The notes under the pieces were generated by a model. The model was not told where the DNA came from. It saw only the letters and a program-made list of their open reading frames with translations, and ran no database searches. Source: Clostridiales bacterium (GTDB lineage Bacteria; Bacillota; Clostridia; Christensenellales; Borkfalkiaceae). Taken from it: 64,000 bases of DNA. Location: positions 10,506 through 74,505 of the forward strand of contig SVHP01000001.1 of NCBI GenBank assembly GCA_015055735.1, written 5' to 3'. Of this stretch, positions 1 through 7,927 are shown in pieces. The translations under genes and the position numbers were made by a program. The stretch's first letter is position 1. Every line of letters starts with the position of its first letter.

Positions 1-1181
1 TGTTCGCCTTGTATTTTCACTCCCGTATCGTAAGTAATATCAGTTAGGTTTCCGTTTACGACTTCTCCTAGTTGCTCCTTACCTAAACTTCTATCGAAAA
101 AGAAAACCGTGTTTGTATCATCGCCTGTACGAGCTTGTTCTACCGAACTGTTTCCACCTTCTTTTTCATAGACTGCATAAACGTTTAAGTTTGAATTTAT
201 ATTACTTAAATCTATTATATCTTGACCATCAGCCGTCGCCGACCAGCCTATAAATACGTAAGCAATATCCGAATCGTTCGTTGGGGTTTCCCCGTCGTGC
301 ACGACTTCTTGCCCCTCCTTAACGTAAACGGTATTTATAATTTTGTCGCCGTTATAAAAATTTACAGTATAGACGTTAGTAACCGATTGTGGCAATTCTT
401 TGCCTTGCTCTAATGTTGCGCCCGACTTATCAACGTCAGCGTAAATCAAAATATCTAAATCCAACTGCAAGCCGTCGTTTATTTGAGCGACTAGAGAATT
501 ATATTTTTCTTGAGTATCTATCACTATTGGATAATCGCCTTTTCCAAACCAACTAGAATATGGAGTATCGTTAGATATTATATCTTGCGCAAATTCTAGG
601 TTTTGGTTATTGAGAACGATCGACTGAAGCATACCGTATTGCGATCTGGTATTATTATCGATATTGCCGTCGGCAAAATCAGCATAAGTATACACTGCTT
701 GCCCCGATGAAGTATCGACTATCGTTGCAAGAGCAACGAATTGGTAATCAAATTGCGAAACGCCGTTTAACGCAGAGTTGTTTTGAGCGTTAAGATTTGT
801 CAACAGCGCATTTGCGTAATAGTAATCGCCTACTTTATAAATTTTATTGTCTGGAATATTAAATACTATCTTTCTATCAAGATTGATATATTTTCCGTCA
901 GTTATACGGTCAAATCTAGATCTCGTAGAAAGCAAAACTGATAGAGAAACTTGATTTTCCGTATCCATAGTTACTATCGTATCGTAAACGCTTTGGCTCA
1001 TCTTAGTAACGAAACGCATACCGTCTTTATGAAGTGCTAATTGTGCGCCTTTCTCCATTGTAAATAGATACTCAGAAGAAGTTGCCAAGGTCGTATTCGG
1101 CAAACATATAAGCGCAAGATGAAAGAATATTAGGCATAAACTAAATAAAATAATCGTTATCTTTTGTTTAATCGTTTTCAT
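1..1181 (-). CDS. Secreted protein, partial (runs off the left window edge); N-terminal signal peptide, Listeria-Bacteroides-type repeat toward the C-terminus
   Basis: Absent from the ORF track because it has no stop in the window. ATG at 1181 is preceded by GGGGGA. My translation starts MKTIKQKITIILFSLCLIFFHLALICLPNTTLA (signal-peptide-like) and stays open to position 1. The segment YTVNFYNGDK...YVFIGWSATADGQ...LNVYAVY matches the Listeria-Bacteroides repeat pattern. Confidence 0.6.
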   Translation of the reverse strand, partial: MKTIKQKITIILFSLCLIFFHLALICLPNTTLATSSEYLFTMEKGAQLALHKDGMRFVTKMSQSVYDTIVTMDTENQVSLSVLLSTRSRFDRITDGKYINLDRKIVFNIPDNKIYKVGDYYYANALLTNLNAQNNSALNGVSQFDYQFVALATIVDTSSGQAVYTYADFADGNIDNNTRSQYGMLQSIVLNNQNLEFAQDIISNDTPYSSWFGKGDYPIVIDTQEKYNSLVAQINDGLQLDLDILIYADVDKSGATLEQGKELPQSVTNVYTVNFYNGDKIINTVYVKEGQEVVHDGETPTNDSDIAYVFIGWSATADGQDIIDLSNINSNLNVYAVYEKEGGNSSVEQARTGDDTNTVFFFDRSLGKEQLGEVVNGNLTDITYDTGVKIQGE

Positions 1182-1363
1182 ACTAATCCCCCTATTAGAC
1201 AAAAGGTATGGCGTCTTGTTCAACGTCAAAATCTTTGTTTCCAACACCAGAAAGCGACAGTACGTCTATTAACAGTTGCCTAAATTCAATTTGTAATAAC
1301 TGATAAGCCTTTTTGTTTTTAGTTATCATTTCCCCTTAGTACTCCTAAAATATAATATACATG

Positions 1364-3763
1364 TTATTCTTTTACGTTTGCAGTAAAGCCCACGTTTTTT
1401 ATTTGCTCTAGTATGGTTTGGATATCTACGCTATCTAACATATTAAAGGTTGCGCTTTTAGTTTGCAACTGAACGTCAATATCGTAAACACCTTGCACCT
1501 TTAACAGTGCGTCTTTTACCTTTCCAACACAATGATTACACATCATGCCTTCAATACTAAGTGTAATTTTTACAAGTTTTTGATTTTTCTCGATTTTATT
1601 AACGTTTTTCGCTTTTTTAACCGATAACCTCAAAGCGTTAGTAACCACGAAAAGCGAACTGCAACACATTAACGCCGAAGCGATAATAGGCGATAAAACC
1701 ACCCCTATAAAACTCAATGCACCAGCAGCGATAGGTATACCTATACAGTTATAAAAGAAAGCCCAAAACAAGTTTTGTTTAATGATCCTTAAACTTTGAG
1801 CGCTAATATTTATAGCCTTATCAAGGCCTGTTAAACTTCCGTTTACTAAAACTATATCCGAACTATCTATAGCAATATCCGTACCCGTACCCATTGCAAT
1901 GCCGATATCAGCGCTTTTTAAGGCAGGGCTATCGTTAATTCCGTCCCCTGCCATAGCGACGAAATATCCGTCCTTCTGATATTTTTGTACTATTTGATAC
2001 TTTTCTTGTGGCAAAACGTCAGCGTAATATTCGGTAATACCAACTTGATTTGCAATAGCCTTAGCCGAACTTTGATTATCGCCCGTTATCATTACCACTT
2101 CAATATTTTTATCAAGTAGATTTTGTATAGCCTTTTTGCTATCTTCTTTAACGTAATCAGCAAGTGCAAAAACGGATAAAACTTCGTCGTCGGTAGCAAA
2201 GTAAATTAAGGTTTTCCCTTCGTACTCGGTAGCGTTAAAGTCAAAGTCTATTTGTTCTGGTATTAAATCAATATTTCCTAAATAATACTTAATACCGTAA
2301 ACTTCCCCTTCAACCCCCTTGCCAACGTGGTTAACGAACTCATCAACAGCAATGGCGCTCTTTCCACAATAATCGACTATGCAATCGGCAAGTGGATGAT
2401 TTGCCCTTAACTCTAGCGCGCTTACGATTTTGAAAATTTCCTTTTCTTCGGTTTGCGACAAATTTATAAAATCGGTCACTTTAGGTTTACCGACGGTTAT
2501 AGTTGCCGTTTTATCTAGTAATACGCAATTTATTTTGCAAGCTTTTTGCAAAACTTCGGCATCTTTAAATAACACACCACAAGACGCTGACTTTCCTGTT
2601 GCAGCCATAACGGCAACGGGTGTTGCTAAACCTAGTGAACACGGACACGATATAACTAAAACGCTTATGGCGTAATTAAAGGACGCATATAAATCTTTAG
2701 ATATAACCAGCCACACAACTAAGGTTATTAACGCAAGCGTGCAAACTATAGGCACGAAAATACTCGCCACTTTATCTGCGAATTTTTGAATAGGCGCTTT
2801 GCTTGCCCCTGCTGACTTAACTACTTCAACGATTTTACTAAACAAGGTATCGCCCCCAACTTTTTGGGCTTCCACTATTAAATATCCACTTTTTATTATA
2901 GTTCCCGAACAAATTTCACTACCTACTTCTACTTGTTCCGGCATACTTTCGCCCGTGATAGCCGACTTATCAATACTTGCGCTACCACTCGCCACCTTAC
3001 CGTCCACAGCCACGTAATCGCCTGCACGAAGCAGTACCATTTGTCCAATTTCTATTTGACTAGTGAGTACGGTTATTTCTTTACCGTCTTTTATAATAAC
3101 GCTAGTTTTAGGCATAAGATTGCCGAGTTTTTGCACGGCGTCACCAGTTCTAACTTTAGATATTTCTTCTAAATATTTACCTAAAGTAACTAAAGATACT
3201 ACCATAGCTGAAGAATCGAAAAATACGTGTTCTACTTGGTTTTGGTTAAAAAATAAGCCTAAGGTCATGACTATACTGTAAATATAAGCCGACGCACTAC
3301 CTAATGATACTAGCGTATCCATATTAGGACTGCCGTTTATCACAGCCTTTACACCGTTTATAAAAAACTTTTTATTGATTATTAAAATTACAGTTGCAAG
3401 AACAAACTGTACTATAAAGTTTATGCTTTTTTCAGGAGTTGGCAAGCCTAGTGCGTGCCCTAAACATAAGTACACGAGAGGAATAAGCAAAAAGATTGAA
3501 ACAATAAACCTTTTCTTTAAGGTTTTTGCTTGGTCATACTTATCGTCTTTTTGGTCGGGCGAAACTATTCCATATCCTAGTTTTTCAACGGTAGCAACAA
3601 TGAGATTATCCGAAACCTTTTGTTGGTCAAAAGATACGGTCATTTGTTTTGCTATAAGCGAAACGCTTACGCTATCTACACCGTCCAACTTTGAAATTGC
3701 CCTTTCTATACCACTAGAACAAGCCGAACAACTCATTCCCGATACTATAAAAGTCTTTGTCAT
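1364..3763 (-). CDS. copA: Copper-translocating P-type ATPase (P1B) with N- and C-terminal heavy-metal-binding domains
   Basis: N-terminal GMSCSAC and C-terminal GMMCNHC HMA motifs, TGES, CPC (SCPCSLG), phosphorylation motif as DKTAT, GDGINDSPAL. AGGAG lies upstream of the ATG. Confidence 0.93.
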   Translation of the reverse strand: MTKTFIVSGMSCSACSSGIERAISKLDGVDSVSVSLIAKQMTVSFDQQKVSDNLIVATVEKLGYGIVSPDQKDDKYDQAKTLKKRFIVSIFLLIPLVYLCLGHALGLPTPEKSINFIVQFVLATVILIINKKFFINGVKAVINGSPNMDTLVSLGSASAYIYSIVMTLGLFFNQNQVEHVFFDSSAMVVSLVTLGKYLEEISKVRTGDAVQKLGNLMPKTSVIIKDGKEITVLTSQIEIGQMVLLRAGDYVAVDGKVASGSASIDKSAITGESMPEQVEVGSEICSGTIIKSGYLIVEAQKVGGDTLFSKIVEVVKSAGASKAPIQKFADKVASIFVPIVCTLALITLVVWLVISKDLYASFNYAISVLVISCPCSLGLATPVAVMAATGKSASCGVLFKDAEVLQKACKINCVLLDKTATITVGKPKVTDFINLSQTEEKEIFKIVSALELRANHPLADCIVDYCGKSAIAVDEFVNHVGKGVEGEVYGIKYYLGNIDLIPEQIDFDFNATEYEGKTLIYFATDDEVLSVFALADYVKEDSKKAIQNLLDKNIEVVMITGDNQSSAKAIANQVGITEYYADVLPQEKYQIVQKYQKDGYFVAMAGDGINDSPALKSADIGIAMGTGTDIAIDSSDIVLVNGSLTGLDKAINISAQSLRIIKQNLFWAFFYNCIGIPIAAGALSFIGVVLSPIIASALMCCSSLFVVTNALRLSVKKAKNVNKIEKNQKLVKITLSIEGMMCNHCVGKVKDALLKVQGVYDIDVQLQTKSATFNMLDSVDIQTILEQIKNVGFTANVKE

Positions 3764-3812
3764 TTTATATACGCTCCTTTTTATATTTTACCATATTATG
3801 CCAAAAAAGAAA

Positions 3813-3853
3813 ACTACACAACCCGATTTTAATCAAGATTGTGTAGTTTTTTT
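3813..3853 (-). terminator. Intrinsic terminator after the feo operon
   Basis: Stem ACTACACA (3813-3820) pairs with TGTGTAGT (3840-3847). It is followed on the minus strand by a T-rich run (plus-strand A run 3803-3812). Confidence 0.6.
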
Positions 3854-3854
3854 G

Positions 3855-4025
3855 TTATTTATTTGTTTGCTCTTCTGTTTTCGTTTTATTTGCACAACCC
3901 GAACAATGCGCACAATCGCATCCACACGAAGTTTTGCCTTTCTTTTTATTTATTATGGACGTCACTATAACACCTACGACGATAGCCACACAACCGATAA
4001 TAATTAAAACGTCAATCGGGTTCAT
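3855..4025 (-). CDS. FeoB-associated Cys-rich small membrane protein (56 aa)
   Basis: Below the ORF-track size cutoff. The ATG lies 2 nt after the feoB stop. Hand translation: MNPIDVLIIIGCVAIVVGVIVTSIINKKKGKTSCGCDCAHCSGCANKTKTEEQTNK, i.e. one TM helix plus a CxCxCxxCxxC tail, the typical layout of this family downstream of feoB. Confidence 0.75.
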   Translation of the reverse strand: MNPIDVLIIIGCVAIVVGVIVTSIINKKKGKTSCGCDCAHCSGCANKTKTEEQTNK

Positions 4026-4027
4026 AA

Positions 4028-6355
4028 TTAACCTCTTTTAGCAATAGGATGCTTTTTGTTGTATAAACGGATAATACATATAACCAAAGTCATTAGTGCG
4101 ACGAAGATAAAGGCCGTCCACCACCACGTAAGTATGCAATACGTAGCCATGCTCACAATATAGGAAGTTAGTATCCAAAACAAAATGGTCCATTTTGCAG
4201 TTCCTTTTTTAAGTTCACCCCTAGCCGTTGCAACTGCTGCAAAGCAAGGAATAGTGGTCATGTTAAATACAATAAAGGAAATCAAACCAGGAATTTCAAT
4301 ACCCGTTGCAGCTATCATAGCAACTACTTCATATCCGTCTTCGCCAAATTCACCCGATTCGATAAGCGCATTAAGTTCAGCTAAAACTTCTTCACTTAAT
4401 ACCCCTGCATTAACTAATATATCAGGGTTAACAGCCATCATTGCAAGAATAACTGAAGATAAAGTTAAAAATCCAGCAATAACGTTTTCCTTTGCAATAA
4501 GGCCAAGTATAGCAGCAACCGCAAACACCCAACCGAGAGAGCCTAATTGACTACCAAAACCAAGTGGTGTGAATATAGGTTGCATAAATTGTCCGATAGA
4601 TGCGAGAATTGACTCATTCATCGTTTCTTTAGCTTCAATTATAGTCCAATTCCAACGGAAGTTAGATAAAAACCAAACGATAATAGTTGATGCTAAAATT
4701 ACAGTAAATACCTTTTTAATATAGTGTTTTGTTTTATCCCACAAATGTATCATCAACGCTTTAAAACTTGGCATATGATAGGTTGGCAATTCCATAATAA
4801 ACGGTGCAATTTCACCGCGTTGAGTAGTTCCTCTCATAACAAGAATTGTAATTACAGCCGTCGCCATACCTATAACGTACAAAGCGTAAGTAATTAAGTC
4901 AACGTTAGCAACGTTAAACGCCATTGCAATAGCACCCGTTACAGCTGCTAAAATAGGTAATTTTGCGCCACAAGTAAAGAAAGGAATAGTTCTAATGGTT
5001 AAAATTCTTTCTCTCTCATCAGCAAGCGTCCTAGTATTTATCATAGCGGGAACAGAACATCCAAAACCCATAATCATAGGAATAAATGCCCTACCCGAAA
5101 CACCGAACTTTCTAAATATTTTATCTAGAATAAAGGCAACTCTCGCCATATATCCCGTATCTTCTAATATCGAAAGAAGTAAAAGCAAGAATATAATTTG
5201 TGGAACGAAAGAAAGAACTGCGCATAATCCTGCCAAAATTCCATCGTTTACTAAATTTAATATCCATTCAGTAGAGGTTAAGTTAGCAACCCCTTCGCCT
5301 ATCCAACCTGAAAGCGTTGCCGTTATTATATCCATCAAGTTAAACAATACAACGCCAGGTGCTGCTATCCCTTCGCCCGAACCAAATAACCCTTCAAAAT
5401 GCGTTCCTGCAAGTGATACCCAATCTTTATTTAAAATCCCCGATAAAAACAAGAAATTTTCAGAGAAAGTTAGGTGGAACATACTAAATAGAATAACCAA
5501 AAAGATAGGAATAGCAAGCCATTTATTTGTTAAAATTCTGTCAGCCTTATCCGAAGAAGTTAATTTTATTCCCTTTGCCTTTTTGGTTAATAGTGGCGAA
5601 TAGTTTTTAGTTATATGCCTATATCTAGCATCAGCAACTAACGCTTCAAAGTCCGTACCAAACAAGTCGTTTGTAAAGGTGTTTTTGAATTCTTCCACCA
5701 TTTTAACTGTTTGTGGATGCATTGCAATCTCAATTTCATCGTTTTCAATAAGTTTTATTGCGTGAAACAATGGATTTGCAACCTCTTGACCTTGCAAAGC
5801 AATTCTAACGTCACCTATAAGATGTGATAATTCGGTATGTTCTAAAACGGTCACGCCCTTTCGTTCTTTTTTACAAGTTGCCAAAGCCACCTTCATCAAC
5901 TCGTCCATGCCCGTATTTTTAAGTGCCGAAATTTCAACAACTGGAATATTTAATCTTTTTTCAAGTTCTTTGGCGTTTATCCTATCCCCTTGTTTTTCTA
6001 ATATATCCATCATATTTAGTGCAATTACAACAGGAACGTCCATTTCCATAATTTGAGTGGTTAAATATAAGTTTCTCTCTAAGTTTGTCACGTCCACTAT
6101 GTTTATAACGCAATCAGGCTTTTCGTCCAAAATATAATTTCTTGAAACGACTTCTTCAGGCGTATATGGAGAGAGTGAGTATATACCTGGTAAGTCTACA
6201 ATAGAAATAGGCTCTGCACCCTTTTTATAAACACCTTCTCTTTTATCAACCGTTACGCCTGGCCAGTTGCCCACGTGCGCAGTTGAGCCTGTTAAACTAT
6301 TAAAAAGCGTCGTTTTGCCGCAGTTAGGATTACCTGCTAACGCAAATCTTTTCAT
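4028..6355 (-). CDS. feoB: Ferrous iron transporter FeoB
   Basis: N-terminal G-domain GNPNCGKTTLFN, DLPGIYSL, and a long polytopic membrane domain. The start is taken at MKRFALAGNP (ATG 6355), which overlaps the feoA stop as TAATG. Confidence 0.93.
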   Translation of the reverse strand: MKRFALAGNPNCGKTTLFNSLTGSTAHVGNWPGVTVDKREGVYKKGAEPISIVDLPGIYSLSPYTPEEVVSRNYILDEKPDCVINIVDVTNLERNLYLTTQIMEMDVPVVIALNMMDILEKQGDRINAKELEKRLNIPVVEISALKNTGMDELMKVALATCKKERKGVTVLEHTELSHLIGDVRIALQGQEVANPLFHAIKLIENDEIEIAMHPQTVKMVEEFKNTFTNDLFGTDFEALVADARYRHITKNYSPLLTKKAKGIKLTSSDKADRILTNKWLAIPIFLVILFSMFHLTFSENFLFLSGILNKDWVSLAGTHFEGLFGSGEGIAAPGVVLFNLMDIITATLSGWIGEGVANLTSTEWILNLVNDGILAGLCAVLSFVPQIIFLLLLLSILEDTGYMARVAFILDKIFRKFGVSGRAFIPMIMGFGCSVPAMINTRTLADERERILTIRTIPFFTCGAKLPILAAVTGAIAMAFNVANVDLITYALYVIGMATAVITILVMRGTTQRGEIAPFIMELPTYHMPSFKALMIHLWDKTKHYIKKVFTVILASTIIVWFLSNFRWNWTIIEAKETMNESILASIGQFMQPIFTPLGFGSQLGSLGWVFAVAAILGLIAKENVIAGFLTLSSVILAMMAVNPDILVNAGVLSEEVLAELNALIESGEFGEDGYEVVAMIAATGIEIPGLISFIVFNMTTIPCFAAVATARGELKKGTAKWTILFWILTSYIVSMATYCILTWWWTAFIFVALMTLVICIIRLYNKKHPIAKRG

Positions 6356-6585
6356 TAATTGTTCCCCTCCATTTCGATACATTTGGCTTCCATGTTTCTT
6401 AAAGTAAGTTCGTATCCCCTAATGGTAATTTCAATAGGATCACCAAGTGGTGCTTTTTTACGCATATAAATTTCAGCGCCTGGAGTAATTCCCATATCAA
6501 ACAATCTTCTTCTGATCATTCTTTCTCCATTAACCTTTTTGACAATACCAACTTCGCCAACTAAAAAATCACTTAATCTTTTCAT
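6355..6585 (-). CDS. feoA: FeoA family iron transport protein
   Basis: 76-aa SH3-like FeoA pattern (G....I..V.....RRL.DMGI.PG..I) immediately upstream of feoB with overlapping stop/start. Confidence 0.85.
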   Translation of the reverse strand: MKRLSDFLVGEVGIVKKVNGERMIRRRLFDMGITPGAEIYMRKKAPLGDPIEITIRGYELTLRNMEAKCIEMEGNN

Positions 6586-6743
6586 ATTCTTTATCCTTTC
6601 TATATAGACCTGTTAAAATATGAAACTTGTTTCGCATTTAACGGTGTATATATTAACATATATATTCAGTATTGTCAAACAAAATGTGAAACTTTTTTCA
6701 ATTTTTTTAAAAAATTCTGAAATTGTTTTCACATTTGTTTTAC

Positions 6744-6772
6744 TTGACAAAAGGTTATACATTATATATAAT
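6744..6772 (+). promoter_or_regulatory. Sigma-A type promoter, TTGACA-17-TATAAT, 6 nt upstream of the TetR ATG
   Basis: TTGACA at 6744-6749, a 17-nt spacer, and TATAAT at 6767-6772. The ATG at 6779 follows with no Shine-Dalgarno sequence. Confidence 0.55.
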
Positions 6773-6778
6773 GGACGT

Positions 6779-7384
6779 ATGAAAAACATAGTTAGAGAAC
6801 CACAACAAGAGCGGTCTATTGAAAAGAAAAATCGAATAATCGAAGCAGGATATCAACTATTTTCTGAGGTTGGTTATTACGGCACTAACACGGCTGAAAT
6901 TGCAAAGCGAGCAGGCGTATCTACCGGTATAGTATACGGTTATTTTCAAGATAAGCGTGACATTTTAATTTGCGTTTTAGACATTTATATAAACCGTGTT
7001 TTCGACCCTATACTAAAAAAATTCGACAAACTCTCAGCCCCTATCGACTACTCGATTTTAATACCTGAAGTTATTGATTTAACCTTAAAGACACACAAAA
7101 AACACGCAAAAATGCACGAAGTTTTACACTCTCTAGGTAGCACCGACGAAGCGGTAAATTCAGAATTTATCGCACTCGAAGATTCGCTTACTTCTAAAAT
7201 TTCCGAAAAATTATTAACGCTGGGCGAAAAGATAGAAAACGCCGCTGAAAAGGTGCATTTTGCAATGGATATAATACAATCTTTCTCTCACGAATACGTA
7301 TTCGACAAACACGAATATATAGATTATTTTGCAATGAGAGAAATCGTAACCAACACGTTAATCAACTTATTTGCATCAAAATAA
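6779..7384 (+). CDS. TetR/AcrR family transcriptional regulator
   Basis: N-terminal HTH: RIIEAGYQLFSEVGYYGTNTAEIAKRAGVSTGIVYGYF. The longer ORF-track start (6620) adds 53 hydrophobic junk residues that span the promoter. Confidence 0.85.
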   Translation: MKNIVREPQQERSIEKKNRIIEAGYQLFSEVGYYGTNTAEIAKRAGVSTGIVYGYFQDKRDILICVLDIYINRVFDPILKKFDKLSAPIDYSILIPEVIDLTLKTHKKHAKMHEVLHSLGSTDEAVNSEFIALEDSLTSKISEKLLTLGEKIENAAEKVHFAMDIIQSFSHEYVFDKHEYIDYFAMREIVTNTLINLFASK

Positions 7385-7400
7385 TTTTATAAAAAAAGAT

Positions 7401-7440
7401 AAAAAAATGAGTTCTATTTTTTTAGAACTCATTTTTTATT
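7401..7440. terminator. Bidirectional intrinsic terminator between the TetR and VanZ genes
   Basis: ATGAGTTCTA (7407-7416) pairs with TAGAACTCAT (7423-7432). The stem is flanked by an A run and a T run. Confidence 0.65.
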
Positions 7441-7446
7441 ATTCAT

Positions 7447-7911
7447 TTATTTTTTAAATTGCTTAAACAATTTTTTATAAATAAGCACACTTAAAAATAA
7501 AATACCAACGCCAAATATATAACCACAATAGTCCAGTAAAACGTCAGCCACGTCAGCCCCACGCTTTGATAAAATTTGCAAGCTTTCATCAATAACAGCA
7601 ACTAAAAGCCCGATGAAAAATATTTCTACCAACTTTTTTACCTTTATTCCATATATCAAAGCAAACAATAAAGATACTAAAAAGCCAAAACAACAAAACT
7701 CTATAAAGTGTGCAGTTTTTCTAAACACGCTATGAGTAACCACCCCTTCACCTAAAGTAGCGTCAAGAACGGGTTTTATAGTTTCATACACACCGTTTGA
7801 ACTTTGTGAAGAACTTTCTGTACTCATGCATGAATTTCCCCAAATAAAGATTAAATTTAGCACAATCAATATACTGTTTATAATGATTGCAACAACTCTC
7901 TTTTTACTCAT
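7447..7911 (-). CDS. VanZ family membrane protein
   Basis: About four TM segments with VanZ-like motifs: KTAHFIEF, DESLQ, R.ADVADVLLDYCG. Confidence 0.7.
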   Translation of the reverse strand: MSKKRVVAIIINSILIVLNLIFIWGNSCMSTESSSQSSNGVYETIKPVLDATLGEGVVTHSVFRKTAHFIEFCCFGFLVSLLFALIYGIKVKKLVEIFFIGLLVAVIDESLQILSKRGADVADVLLDYCGYIFGVGILFLSVLIYKKLFKQFKK

Positions 7912-7927
7912 ACCCTATCACTTTTAA

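Noticed and set aside
1195-1329. 44-aa minus-strand ORF (MITKNKKAYQLLQIEFRQLLIDVLSLSGVGNKDFDVEQDAIPFV) between copA and the secreted-protein gene
   Set aside because: It is open and sits between two genes with no terminator. However, RBS spacing is poor (GGGGA 2 nt or AGGAG 12 nt from the ATG), and I recognise no family. This is not enough to call a gene, though it could be real.
3375-4007. 210-aa plus-strand ORF from the track
   Set aside because: It lies antisense to the 5' end of copA, the feo terminator and the Cys-rich feo-associated ORF. It has no RBS and a low-complexity hydrophobic translation. It is a shadow ORF of the minus-strand genes.
4995-5603. 202-aa plus-strand ORF inside feoB; similar long antisense ORFs occur at 20383-21015 and 35463-36065
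   Set aside because: All are fully embedded antisense in well-supported conserved genes (feoB, the exonuclease gene, parC). None has a start context or a recognisable motif. This is typical of AT-rich antisense frames.
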